64,000 nt of DNA from Planctomycetota bacterium (GCA_040755855.1 JBFMAD010000001.1:128001-192000), one strand, 5' to 3'. Shown: positions 23,119-32,895, counted from the stretch's first letter. The notes: generated by a model not told the origin, from the letters alone. Numbers and translations are program-made.

Positions 23119-24105
23119 TCAATCCGTCTTGCCCAGTTGTGCTGCCAGTTCCGGCGGCAACGGTCCGGCCTCTGCAAACCGTACCGCCTCGGCAATCTGC
23201 TGCGGACCGGCAAACCCGATAAGCGCCGTCGAGACGTCCGGGTTGCTCAACGCGAAGCGCAACGCGACCTCTCTGGTGCTCACACCCGGCGGCAGGCGGC
23301 CGGCGAGGAGCAGGGCTCTCTGCATGTCGCGTTCGTAGAGGTCCAGAGGGAAAAAGCGGGTCCTGCGCGTATGCGCGCTGGGCGGCTGTCCGGTCAACGC
23401 GCCGCCGGCATAGACACGAATGGCAATCACGCCCATAGTTCTTTCTGCGCATTCGCGCATGATCTCGCCGTAGTCCTCCCCATCAAACGAGGCGGGCATT
23501 CTCCGCGCCGCGCTCGGGTTCAGGATATTGTAGCAAACCTGCATGGTCTCGAATTCGCCGCAGCGCACGACTTCTCGCACCGAATCCATATCCCCCAACC
23601 CCGTCAGGCCAAAGTGCCGAACAATCCCTTCCGATTTCAAATCTTGAAACGCATCGAGCACGCCGCCAGGGCCAAGCACATCCGCCGGGGTGATGGACGT
23701 ATGCTGATCGCCGCGACGGCGCGTGATCGAGTTGTGCAACTGGATGAGCGTCATTCGGTCGAGTCGTAGCCGCTCAAGGCTGGCGCGAACCGATATCTTC
23801 ACGTTTTGCCGGACATCGTCCAGTTCGTCCGGCATCAAGCGCACTTTTGTAGCGACATGCACCCGCGACTGCGCCCGCAGCTCCAACAGTGCAAGGCCCA
23901 AGGCGCGCTCGGATTCCCCGTCGCCATAGGTGGCGGCGGTATCGAACCAGTTGATCCCTGCCTCGATCGCGCGGCGGATCGTCTCGACCCGGTCCCGCCG
24001 CGCCTTCCGCTCCGTCATGAGCCCCGACACCGGTCCCGCGCCAAAGGAAACAGCGGAGATGGAGATGCCTGTCGCGCCAAGGGATCGAACTCTCATCAAT
24101 GGCAT
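23119..24105 (-). CDS. Aldo/keto reductase
   Basis: LG.TG...S...FG, GINWFDTAATYG, VATK, SLERL, QLHN. Confidence 0.93.
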   Translation of the reverse strand: MPLMRVRSLGATGISISAVSFGAGPVSGLMTERKARRDRVETIRRAIEAGINWFDTAATYGDGESERALGLALLELRAQSRVHVATKVRLMPDELDDVRQNVKISVRASLERLRLDRMTLIQLHNSITRRRGDQHTSITPADVLGPGGVLDAFQDLKSEGIVRHFGLTGLGDMDSVREVVRCGEFETMQVCYNILNPSAARRMPASFDGEDYGEIMRECAERTMGVIAIRVYAGGALTGQPPSAHTRRTRFFPLDLYERDMQRALLLAGRLPPGVSTREVALRFALSNPDVSTALIGFAGPQQIAEAVRFAEAGPLPPELAAQLGKTD

Positions 24106-24130
24106 ACTCTTCCTGATGGCGGAGGCAGCA

Positions 24131-26428
24131 TCAGCTCGATACCGTCACGACCGTCTGCCGGCTTGCATCCCGTTCGCCGAGGGTAATCACAACGGTGGAC
24201 GACACGTTGTCCCAGGTCCAGAAGGGCCCATGCAGACCGACGCCCTGCGCAAGTTCCCTGCCGTCGAGATCCACTTTGTCGGCGGATTTCAGTCCGTGAA
24301 TGACAAATTCCAATCGCCGCTGCGGCAGCGCGCCCGCGTAACTCCCCTTTGCCGCGCTCATCTCGACGCGCAGCGAGTTACCCTTCGCCTCCTGGCGAAT
24401 CTGCGTGGCGCGGAAGCCACCATTCTCATAGGCGAACGTATGGCCGTCGTCTTCGTAGAAAGTGAACGCGCCCGACGCGCCTGCATACACATGGACAGTC
24501 AGCTCGTCGTCCGGCTTCTGGCCGATATAGTCAACGTCCTGCCCCATTGGGATAATGGACCCGGCGCGAACGAAGAGCGGCCCGCCCTTCCGAGCCGAAA
24601 GCCGAGGCTCGGCCCACTCGCCGCCGGCATATTTCTCGCTCGTCCAGTAATCGTACCAATCGCCCTCCGGCAGATAGACCTTCTCGGTGAACGCGCCGAC
24701 GAGGAACGCCGGGCCGAACATGTATTGCCGGAGCAGGCCGTAGGTCTCCCGGTCCTCCGGGAAGACCAGAGGCATGGCCCGCAGCATGGGCAGGCCGGAT
24801 GTGTGCGCCTCCCACGCGACCGAGTAGAGGTAGGGCGCAAGGCGATAACGCAGCTTCGCGTAATCGCTGAAAATCGCCTGCAGCTCCTCGCCCTGGTACC
24901 ACGGATGGCGGAAGTAATTCCACGAGTTGAGCTGCGCCCACGGCAGGAGGAAGCCGAAGTGGATGCCCTCCTTCGTCGTCACCTCCATGTCGCACGTGCT
25001 CATGCCGTGTCCGGAGAGACTCAGATTCAGGCAGGCGACGAGTGTGTTCTCTTCGCCGCCGGTGTCGCCCGTCCATGTGCCGGTCCATCGCTGGAGGCCC
25101 GCCCAGCCGGCAGGGGTGAAGCAGAAGGGGCGGCGATTCGTGTGCTCGCGGAAGCCGAGATACATCTGCTTCGAGTAGAGCAGGGGATACAGGTTGTGCA
25201 TCTCGTCATCCAACATGCCGTTGCCCCAGAGGCGGTCGGGATGGGTGAGAACCTGGTTCGCGCCGTCCTGCTTGAACCATTCGACCCCCTGGTCAACAAA
25301 ATCCTTCAGATGCTCGAACCAAGGCACGTCGGGTTTCGTCCCGGGGTCCATCCGCCGCGCCCCCTTCATCAGGAGGGCGTCCTGTTCGTAGCCGCCGTCG
25401 GCCTTTTCCTCCCCCTTCTTCTGCGCTTCTGCCTGCTTGACGCGGCGCTCCTCCTCGTAGGACAGGTCGTAGTCGCAGCAGAGCCAGAGGCCCGGCTTGA
25501 ATCCCATGCGCCGGGCGGCGGAGAGGAAGTTGTGGCGACCCTTCCTTGCATAGGAGGGCACGGGAAATCGCTCGGGGTGCCAGTCCTTCGTGATGGAGAA
25601 ATCGTAGTTCTTAGCCATCCAGCCGGGTTCGAGGCTGATGGCGTCGCAGGGGATGCCCTCCTTTCGGAAGGCATGGCAGTCGTCCACAAACTCCCGCGCG
25701 TCGGCCTGGGTGCGGCAGATGAACCACAGGCCCATGGCCCACCTGGGCGGCATGGGGGGCTTCCCGGTAATCTCTGTGTAGCGTCCGATGATCTCGGCAG
25801 GGGATGCGCCGCGGAGGATGTAGTAGTCGAGCGTGTCGCCCTTGGCCTCGAAGCCGAATTGTTCCTTGGATGATTCACCGAGGTCGAACAAGATGCGACG
25901 CGTCGTATTGACGAGGAAGCCCAGGCCGTCATTTGTCATGACGAACGGGATGGGGATGTAGCTGCTGACGTTGATGACCCAGAGGTCCGCCTTCGTGCCG
26001 CGATGCTCGATCCGCTCCCGCGTCTGATCGCCCAGGCCGAAGAAGGCGCGGTCGGGGGGCAGGAGGAAGCGGGTGCAGAGGCCGGGATCCGGCCCCGATG
26101 CGGACGCCTCGATTTCGGCGAGCAGTTCCTTACCCTCGGCGTCGCGGACGGTCAGCGCGCCGTCGGCGCGTTTAATGGTGATGCTGAGAAGATCGGTCGT
26201 CAGCTTCACGCCCTGCCGATTCGTCTCGACGTTGAACTTCGGCGTCGGCCACTCGTCACGGAAGAGACCGTACCGGATGAGTGGCTTCTCCGGCGGCTCC
26301 GCGCCGGGAAACTTGCGGACACGGAGGATGCCTGCCTCCAGGACATCAACCTGAAGCGTGGCGTCTGGCAGCGTGAGGGCGACGCCGCACTCAAGGGTGC
26401 GCAGATCGGGTGTTTGAGACTGCTTCAT
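24131..26428 (-). CDS. GH31 glycoside hydrolase (alpha-glucosidase/xylosidase-like)
   Basis: GLGDQ, YTEITGKPPMPPRWAMG, FKQD nucleophile, WTGD acid/base, RYRLAPYLY, C-terminal YEDDG domain; SD AAGGAGG at 26428 start. Confidence 0.9.
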   Translation of the reverse strand: MKQSQTPDLRTLECGVALTLPDATLQVDVLEAGILRVRKFPGAEPPEKPLIRYGLFRDEWPTPKFNVETNRQGVKLTTDLLSITIKRADGALTVRDAEGKELLAEIEASASGPDPGLCTRFLLPPDRAFFGLGDQTRERIEHRGTKADLWVINVSSYIPIPFVMTNDGLGFLVNTTRRILFDLGESSKEQFGFEAKGDTLDYYILRGASPAEIIGRYTEITGKPPMPPRWAMGLWFICRTQADAREFVDDCHAFRKEGIPCDAISLEPGWMAKNYDFSITKDWHPERFPVPSYARKGRHNFLSAARRMGFKPGLWLCCDYDLSYEEERRVKQAEAQKKGEEKADGGYEQDALLMKGARRMDPGTKPDVPWFEHLKDFVDQGVEWFKQDGANQVLTHPDRLWGNGMLDDEMHNLYPLLYSKQMYLGFREHTNRRPFCFTPAGWAGLQRWTGTWTGDTGGEENTLVACLNLSLSGHGMSTCDMEVTTKEGIHFGFLLPWAQLNSWNYFRHPWYQGEELQAIFSDYAKLRYRLAPYLYSVAWEAHTSGLPMLRAMPLVFPEDRETYGLLRQYMFGPAFLVGAFTEKVYLPEGDWYDYWTSEKYAGGEWAEPRLSARKGGPLFVRAGSIIPMGQDVDYIGQKPDDELTVHVYAGASGAFTFYEDDGHTFAYENGGFRATQIRQEAKGNSLRVEMSAAKGSYAGALPQRRLEFVIHGLKSADKVDLDGRELAQGVGLHGPFWTWDNVSSTVVITLGERDASRQTVVTVSS

Positions 26429-26638
26429 TGCGACCTCCTTCACATCTTGTGTTGAGTTCACTCAGTGGCTTGTCTGAGCAGGCTATCAATATGGGGTGGA
26501 ACGGGTCAATAGAAAACTGCCGGTGCACCCGTAGGAAAATGCAGGTTGTTGGGCGGTCCTTGACGATCCGGCGTCAATATGGGATAAAGGATGCCGATAG
26601 TCCACTGGGATTTGAGGTCCGCCATCAAGGGAGCCGCC

Positions 26639-28501
26639 ATGAACAAAGTTGTCAATGTGGAGGCGTTGTTTTTGGGGCCGCAGTCCGAGAACCATCACTA
26701 CTTCAAGGAGCTGCTCGATTTCATGATTGACGAGCACATCCACTGGCGGAGGAATTTCCACCCGAACGACAAGCCGAGCATCGCCGTCTACGACCAGCAA
26801 AGCCCCGGCTTCAGGGCCACCGTTCAGCGGACGCATGAGGTGCTTCTCGATCTCTCGTCGAGACTGAAGACCAGCTCCATGCCGTGGCACTCGCCGCGCT
26901 ACCTCGGGCACATGGCCTCGGACATCCTGATGCCCGCCGTGCTGGCCTACATGGCCACGATGCTCTACAACCCCAACAACTGCGCCTATGAGGGTTCGCC
27001 GGCGACGACGGGGCTGGAAATCGAGGCCGGAAAGGACCTCGCCCAGTTGCTGGGCTTCGACCGCGAGACCGCCTGGGGGCACATCACCTCGGGCGGAACG
27101 GTCGCCAACTACGAGGGCCTGTGGGTGGCGCGGAACCTTAAGTCCATGCCGATGGCGCTGAAGAAGGTCCGGCCCTCTCTGGTGAGGGGGATGGACGCAT
27201 GGCAGCTCGTGAACCTCCCGCCCAGCAAGGTTTTTGCATTGATGGACAAGGCCCGCTCGGCGATCGGCCAGGTGCAAAATGAGTCCGTGCGCGGCCGCGG
27301 GCTGGCCGGGATGAACCTCGGCAAGGTGCTCGTCCCGCAATCGAAGCACTACTCCTGGATCAAGGCGTTCGATGTGCTCGGCCTGGGGCAGGACAGCGGA
27401 GTGAGCGTTCAGGTGAAAGAGAACTATCGGATGGACATCGCCGATCTGAGGCATAAGATCGAGGGCCTCGTCCGCCGCCGGATCCCGATTTTGGCCGTGA
27501 TCCCCGTGGTCGGCTCGACAGAGGAGGGGGCGGTGGATGAAGTGCATCGGATACTCCAGCTCCGCGAGTTGTTCGAGAGAAGGCACGGCGTGTCGTTCTA
27601 TATCCACGTGGACGCGGCCTACGGCGGCTATGGGCGCTCGCTTTTCATGGATGAGAACAACCGGTTCATGAGCATGGATCGCCTGCGTCGCGCGCTGCGC
27701 CGAGAGGGCATTTTGACGCGGCGCCTTCGATGGCCGTCGCAGGAGGTTTACCGGGCGTACAAGGCCCTGGAGGGGGTGGATTCGGTCACGATTGATCCCC
27801 ACAAGCTCGGCTATGTTCCCTATCAGGCGGGGGCGGTGGTCTTTCGGGACAAGCGGGTGAGGGACCTTGTCTCGCACTTCGCCCCCTATGTGTTCGAGGA
27901 GCGGGGGGCCGACACCAGCCCGCAACTCCTGGGGAGCTACATCATGGAGGGATCAAAGGCCGGCGCGGCGGCCGCGTCGGTCTGGGCGGCGCATCGCTGC
28001 GTGCCGTTGAACATCACGGGATACGGGAAGATCATCGGCAACAGCATCAAGGGCGCCTTCCGATTCTACAGCGCGCTGAAATCGAAAAGGACGTTCACGG
28101 TGGATGGGCAGAAGGTGCGCGTTGAACCCCTGACCGTGCCGGACTGTAACATCGTTGTCTATGCGTTCAACCTCCAAGGCAACAAGGACCTCGCACAGAT
28201 GAACGATCTGAACGAGCGGATTTACGATCAATGCTCGTACAAGTCCGGCCCTATCTACACCTACGACTTCATCACGTCGAAGACCAGCCTTGAATACAAC
28301 GAGTATGGCGACGCGCCCGGGGAGTTCGTCGGGCGGTTGGGCATCCCACGGAAAGAATGGGACCGGGTGCGGTCGGTCTATGTGTTGCGGTCGTGCGTCA
28401 CCACTCCGTACCTCGGCATCGCCGGCACGCGCGAGCAATATATCGAAAATTTCGTGAATGCGATTCAGGCGAAGTTGACCATGATCCTGGGCGGCAAGTG
28501 A
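26639..28501 (+). CDS. PLP-dependent group II decarboxylase, tyrosine decarboxylase (TyrDC)-like
   Basis: Full-length colinearity with recalled enterococcal TyrDC: ALFLG..SEN, PWH..RY.GHM, KHYSW.KA.D, VVGSTEEGAVD, HVDAAYGGYGR, VTIDPHK, EGSKAGA.AASVWAAH. Confidence 0.88.
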   Translation: MNKVVNVEALFLGPQSENHHYFKELLDFMIDEHIHWRRNFHPNDKPSIAVYDQQSPGFRATVQRTHEVLLDLSSRLKTSSMPWHSPRYLGHMASDILMPAVLAYMATMLYNPNNCAYEGSPATTGLEIEAGKDLAQLLGFDRETAWGHITSGGTVANYEGLWVARNLKSMPMALKKVRPSLVRGMDAWQLVNLPPSKVFALMDKARSAIGQVQNESVRGRGLAGMNLGKVLVPQSKHYSWIKAFDVLGLGQDSGVSVQVKENYRMDIADLRHKIEGLVRRRIPILAVIPVVGSTEEGAVDEVHRILQLRELFERRHGVSFYIHVDAAYGGYGRSLFMDENNRFMSMDRLRRALRREGILTRRLRWPSQEVYRAYKALEGVDSVTIDPHKLGYVPYQAGAVVFRDKRVRDLVSHFAPYVFEERGADTSPQLLGSYIMEGSKAGAAAASVWAAHRCVPLNITGYGKIIGNSIKGAFRFYSALKSKRTFTVDGQKVRVEPLTVPDCNIVVYAFNLQGNKDLAQMNDLNERIYDQCSYKSGPIYTYDFITSKTSLEYNEYGDAPGEFVGRLGIPRKEWDRVRSVYVLRSCVTTPYLGIAGTREQYIENFVNAIQAKLTMILGGK

Positions 28502-28514
28502 GCGAACCGGCGGC

Positions 28515-28543
28515 TTGACCTTGCGGGTGCGCCGTGCTACGAT
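28515..28543 (+). promoter_or_regulatory. sigma70-type promoter for the fadB-like operon
   Basis: TTGACC-17 bp-TACGAT with extended TG. Confidence 0.55.
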
Positions 28544-28576
28544 CTTTCGTTACTCGATTTCCGCAAGGTGGTTCGC

Positions 28577-30637
28577 ATGATTGACTACAGCGTCTCCGAC
28601 GGCGTGTGCCTCCTCCGGCTCAATACGCCTCCTCTTAACACCATCACGTTTGAATTGCTCGACGAACTTCGCGAGTGTGTCCGCCGGGCCAATGCGGATG
28701 CGGCCGTCCAGGGCATCATCATCACCGGCGCGCCGGGGCACTTCAGCGCGGGCGCCGACATCAATCTATTCAAACAGATCAAGTCCGCCGACGATGCGAT
28801 TCGGACCTCACGTCTTTTTCAGGAGGCGTTCCAGGAGGTTGAGGATTCCGCAAAGCCCGTCGTCGCGGCCGTGGGGGGGAGGGTGATGGGGAGCGCGCTG
28901 GAGCTGCCGATGGCGTGCCACTTTCGCGCTTGCGAAAAAAGCGCGACGTTCAGCATGCCGGAGGTCACCCTCGGCATCAACCCGGGGGCTGGGGGGACGC
29001 AGCGGCTGCCTCGGCTCATCGGCGTCGGGCCGGCGCTGGATATGCTGCTCACGGGGAAGCCCATAGATGCGGAGGCGGCTCTCGATCTGGGGCTGATGGA
29101 TGCGGTGTGTGAACGGGATGAACTCTTGAGTGCGGCAAAGAACATGCTCCGGTCGGGCGGCGCGGCGATCAGGACACGGGACCGGATCGTTAAGGTGTCC
29201 GATCCCGACTTTCGCAGGGCCGAAGAAATGGTTGAGAAGGGTCGCCGCGAAATCATCGCGCCGCGGAAAATTCTCGAGGCTGTCAGGATCGGACTCACAG
29301 AGTCCTTCGACGCCGGCCTGCGCAAGGAGCAGGATGTGTTCGCCGAGTGCATGAATACCCCGGCTACGCAGAACAAGATTTATCTCTTCTTCGCCACGCG
29401 CGAGACGGGCAAGGCGCCGGAGCTGGCGAGCACCAAACCGCGAGACATCCGAAGGGCCGCCGTCATCGGCATGGGCTCGATGGGGACGGGCATCGCGCAG
29501 GCGATCGTCATGGGCGGCGTGCCGGTCGTCGTCCGGGATGAGGAGGGAACGGCGCTCGAACGAGGCATGGACAGGATCCGCGATTCGTTCCGCCGAGCCG
29601 TCGAGCAGAAGAAAATCACGGCAGAGCAGCGCGACGCAGCGCTGGCGCTGATCTCGACCACGACCAACTGGCGGGGCGTGGCCGATGCCGATCTCGTCAT
29701 CGAGGCCGTCTTTGAGGATGTCAAGGCCAAACGGTCGGTCATTGCCTTGATCGAAAAGGTATGCCGCGAGGATACGATCATCGCATCGAACACGTCCACG
29801 ATCTCGTTGGACATCCTTGCCGAGGGGATGAGGCGCCCCGGCCGGCTGATCGGCCTGCACTTCTTCAACCCCGCGCACCGGATGCCGCTCGTGGAGGCGA
29901 TCCGGCGCAAGGAGACGCGGGACAATGTGATTGCAACGGCGCTGGCCTTTGCGAAGACCATCCGCAAAACGCCCGTACTCGTTCGGAACCGGGAAGGATT
30001 TCTCGTCAACCGCATGTTCGTACCCTACCTTAAGGAGGCGTTTTGGCTGTTAGAAGAGGGGACACCGGCGGGGGGGATTGACCGCGCTATGGTGGATTTC
30101 GGCTTCGCCATGGGGCCGCTCGCGCTGATTGACATGGCGGGGATTGACATCCTCGTCCACACCGACCGCGTGCTGACCGAGGCGTTTCCGAGCCACGGCC
30201 CGTTGTCGCAGATAGTGACTCGCCTGGTTGAGGAAGACCATCTCGGCCAGAAGACCGAATCGGGTGTTTACAAATATGAGAAGGGAGATTATACTCCGTA
30301 TAGGAGTGCGATCACCGACCGGATCGTCGCTGAGGCGCAGAAGGCGTCCGCCCGGACGCCTCGCGAGGTCGGCCCGGAGGAAATCACCGACCGACTTATC
30401 CTCCGGATGGTGAACGAGGCATTCTATATCCTGAAGGAAGGCATCGTTCGGCGGGAGTCGGACCTCGACGCGGCGACGGTGCTGGGGATCGGGTTTCCCG
30501 ATTTTCGCGGCGGCGTCCTGAAGTACGCCCGCGATCTCGGTCTGGATACCGTTCTGAAAAAACTCGATGCGCTGGCCGGACAACTTGGGGAGCGCTTTTC
30601 CCCGTGTGAATTGTTGAGGGAAATGAAAGGAGTCTGA
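28577..30637 (+). CDS. Enoyl-CoA hydratase / 3-hydroxyacyl-CoA dehydrogenase multifunctional protein (FadB/FadJ-like)
   Basis: FSAGAD, LE..MACH, PEVTLG..PGAGGTQRLPR; GMGSMGTGIA Rossmann motif, EAVFED, ASNTS, HFFNP. Confidence 0.93.
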   Translation: MIDYSVSDGVCLLRLNTPPLNTITFELLDELRECVRRANADAAVQGIIITGAPGHFSAGADINLFKQIKSADDAIRTSRLFQEAFQEVEDSAKPVVAAVGGRVMGSALELPMACHFRACEKSATFSMPEVTLGINPGAGGTQRLPRLIGVGPALDMLLTGKPIDAEAALDLGLMDAVCERDELLSAAKNMLRSGGAAIRTRDRIVKVSDPDFRRAEEMVEKGRREIIAPRKILEAVRIGLTESFDAGLRKEQDVFAECMNTPATQNKIYLFFATRETGKAPELASTKPRDIRRAAVIGMGSMGTGIAQAIVMGGVPVVVRDEEGTALERGMDRIRDSFRRAVEQKKITAEQRDAALALISTTTNWRGVADADLVIEAVFEDVKAKRSVIALIEKVCREDTIIASNTSTISLDILAEGMRRPGRLIGLHFFNPAHRMPLVEAIRRKETRDNVIATALAFAKTIRKTPVLVRNREGFLVNRMFVPYLKEAFWLLEEGTPAGGIDRAMVDFGFAMGPLALIDMAGIDILVHTDRVLTEAFPSHGPLSQIVTRLVEEDHLGQKTESGVYKYEKGDYTPYRSAITDRIVAEAQKASARTPREVGPEEITDRLILRMVNEAFYILKEGIVRRESDLDAATVLGIGFPDFRGGVLKYARDLGLDTVLKKLDALAGQLGERFSPCELLREMKGV

Positions 30638-30639
30638 GG

Positions 30640-31869
30640 ATGTCATCCGAATCCGAACGGAAGGATTTCGAATCCACAAAAAAGATGAAGGCCGTCATGG
30701 GCAAGTACTACATGGAGCTAATGAAGGGCCCCGAGGAGGGCAAGAAGACGGCGTGGTGCACCAGCGTCGGCCCGGCGGAACTCCTGCGGGCGCTGGGATT
30801 CAATGTTTACTTTCCCGAAAATCACGGCGCGATGCTCGGCGCGACGCGCATGGCGACGGACCTCATCCCTCTGGCGAACGCCCGCGGCTTCTCGCCGGAC
30901 ATCTGCTCCTACCTGACGAGCGACATCGGCTCCCACCTGAAGAAGGAAAGTCCGTTTCACAAGATGAAAATGCCCGGCCCGCCGAAGGCGGATGTGTTGG
31001 TCTTCAACACGAACCAGTGCCGCGACGTGAAGGACTGGTTCCAGTGGTACGGCCGGGAGTGGGGCGTCCCATGCGTCGGCATCCACACGCCGCGGGCCAT
31101 CGGCCAGGTCTCCAATTCAATCATTGACGACGTTGCCCGGCAGACCCTCGCCCTGGTTCCTACTCTGGAAGAGGCGGCCGGCCGGAAGCTGGACATGGCA
31201 AAGCTGAAGGAGATCGTTGATCTGTCCCGGAAATGCACGGTCCTGTGGAAGGGCGTGCTCGATGCAGCGGCGAACGTCCCGTCCCCCATCACCTTCTTCG
31301 ACGGGACGGTCCACATGGGACCGGCGGTCGTCCTCCGCGGCCACTCGGATGCAATTGAATATTATGAAACCTTGCTCGCCGAGCTGAAGCAGCGCATCGC
31401 GGACGGCGTGGGGGCGGTGGCGGGGGAACGGTTCCGGGTCTATTGGGAGGGGATGCCCATCTGGGGGAAGCTGCGCGACCTCTCCACGCAGTTAATGGCG
31501 CTCAAGACGTGCGTCGTGGCCTCGACATACTGCAACAGTTGGGTCTTCGACGCGCTCGCCCCGGACGATCCGTTCCGGAGCATGGCCCGCGCCTACACGG
31601 AACTCTTTATCTGCCGCTCCGACGACTACAAAGAGCAATACATCGCCAGGATGGTGGAGAAGTACAAGGTGGACGGCATCCTCTACCACGACGCAAAGAC
31701 CTGCCCGAACAACTCGAACAGCCGGTACGGCATGCCCCAGCGCCTCCGGGAGAAGCTGGGCAAGCCATATCTCGTGGTCAACGGCGACCTGAACGACCTG
31801 CGCCTCTACTCGGAGGAGCAGACACGGACCAATATCGAGGCCTTCGCGGAGCAGCTGGCCGAGGCATAG
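30640..31869 (+). CDS. 2-hydroxyacyl-CoA dehydratase alpha-type subunit (HgdA/HadB/FldB family)
   Basis: AWCTSVGPAEL, YFPENHGA, GFSPDICSY, NQC and KTC Fe-S cysteines, GDLND..Y...Q..T.IEAF. Confidence 0.88.
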   Translation: MSSESERKDFESTKKMKAVMGKYYMELMKGPEEGKKTAWCTSVGPAELLRALGFNVYFPENHGAMLGATRMATDLIPLANARGFSPDICSYLTSDIGSHLKKESPFHKMKMPGPPKADVLVFNTNQCRDVKDWFQWYGREWGVPCVGIHTPRAIGQVSNSIIDDVARQTLALVPTLEEAAGRKLDMAKLKEIVDLSRKCTVLWKGVLDAAANVPSPITFFDGTVHMGPAVVLRGHSDAIEYYETLLAELKQRIADGVGAVAGERFRVYWEGMPIWGKLRDLSTQLMALKTCVVASTYCNSWVFDALAPDDPFRSMARAYTELFICRSDDYKEQYIARMVEKYKVDGILYHDAKTCPNNSNSRYGMPQRLREKLGKPYLVVNGDLNDLRLYSEEQTRTNIEAFAEQLAEA

Positions 31870-31898
31870 GACGAGATACCGAGAAAGTGAGGTGCGTT

Positions 31899-32765
31899 AT
31901 GACGCGAACGGCGGTTATCGGGGTGATTGTCTTCTTGCTTATCGAGTTGCCGTCTGCGGCCGATGTGCTGCATCTCAAGAATGGCCGCACGATCGAAGGG
32001 GAAGTCACGCTGGAGGGGGATGTGTATATCGTGAAGCGTGGCGCTGGGGTGATGCGGGTGCCGAAGATCAGCGTGGCGCGCATCGAGGAGAAGAAGCCGC
32101 TGCACGAGATTTACCGCGAGAAACTTGCTGCCGTCGGAGAGAAGGATGCCGAGGCTCACTTTCAACTCGGTTGCTGGTGCCTGAGCAACGGGCTTCGCGT
32201 CGAGGCCAAGAAAGCCTTCCGCGACGCAATTGCCATTGACCCCAAACACGAAGCGAGCCGGAAACAGCTCGGCTATCGGGAGATCAACGGCGTGTGGCAC
32301 GAGAAGTGCGGGACATGCGACGGCGAGGGGAAGGTCCAGTGCTTGGTTTGCCGGTACGCCAAGAACCTGCAGAGGCCATGCCCAAACCCCGACTGCGGCA
32401 AGACGTTTCCCTGCGCGGCGTGCAACGGACAGGGCGCGTTCACCTGCACCACCTGCAATGGAGTGGGGAAACTGAAGTGCCACAAGTGCGACGGCACGGG
32501 GAAGATCGAGAGCGCCACCGGCGGCCAACCGGAACGGTGCGCCACATGCAAAGGCGAGGGCCTGATAGACTGCCAGGCGTGCACGCGCGGCAAGGTGGTC
32601 TGCCGCGTCTGCCAGGGAAAGGGCGTCAAGCAAGTGGACTGCCCCAAGTGCGGAAACAAGGGATACATCCGGATTGTGTGCCCGGAGTGCGGGGGCGGGA
32701 AAAAAGTAGTATGCGAGGGCTGCAAGGGGATCGGCGCGGTTCCCGTGAAAGGGGAAGCGCGGTGA
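31899..32765 (+). CDS. Secreted protein with TPR-like module and multiple CxxCxGxG (DnaJ-type zinc finger) repeats
   Basis: Signal peptide, D.LHLKNG..IEG domain, helical TPR, 11 CxxC plus one CxxxxC. Confidence 0.85.
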   Translation: MTRTAVIGVIVFLLIELPSAADVLHLKNGRTIEGEVTLEGDVYIVKRGAGVMRVPKISVARIEEKKPLHEIYREKLAAVGEKDAEAHFQLGCWCLSNGLRVEAKKAFRDAIAIDPKHEASRKQLGYREINGVWHEKCGTCDGEGKVQCLVCRYAKNLQRPCPNPDCGKTFPCAACNGQGAFTCTTCNGVGKLKCHKCDGTGKIESATGGQPERCATCKGEGLIDCQACTRGKVVCRVCQGKGVKQVDCPKCGNKGYIRIVCPECGGGKKVVCEGCKGIGAVPVKGEAR

Positions 32766-32867
32766 ACGCCCTGGCCGGTCCTGTCGAAAGCGGCTGAGGA
32801 TTTTCCGCGGCGTGCAGTTGCGAGTCGGCCCCACGGGACCCCGATGTATTTGCGGCGCGAAAATTAT

Positions 32868-32895
32868 TTGACTTCGTTCCGGCTCTTGCTATAAT
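32868..32895 (+). promoter_or_regulatory. rpmH promoter
   Basis: TTGACT-16 bp-TATAAT with extended TG. Confidence 0.7.

Noticed and set aside
23930..25873. 647-aa plus-strand ORF, and similar long antisense ORFs (9476..10999, 26486..27925, 46578..48467, 50135..51361, 56921..58165)
   Set aside because: Shadow frames opposite well-supported genes in GC-rich DNA, with no motifs
26639..31869. Single tyrosine-catabolic operon TyrDC-FadB-dehydratase
   Set aside because: A separate promoter precedes fadB and no direct biochemical link is evident
31443..31898. N-terminal extension of the zinc-finger ORF
   Set aside because: It overlaps the dehydratase in another frame; SD and signal peptide support ATG 31899
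32300..32730. Multiheme cytochrome interpretation of the CxxC repeats
   Set aside because: No CxxCH present; the motifs are CxxCxGxG
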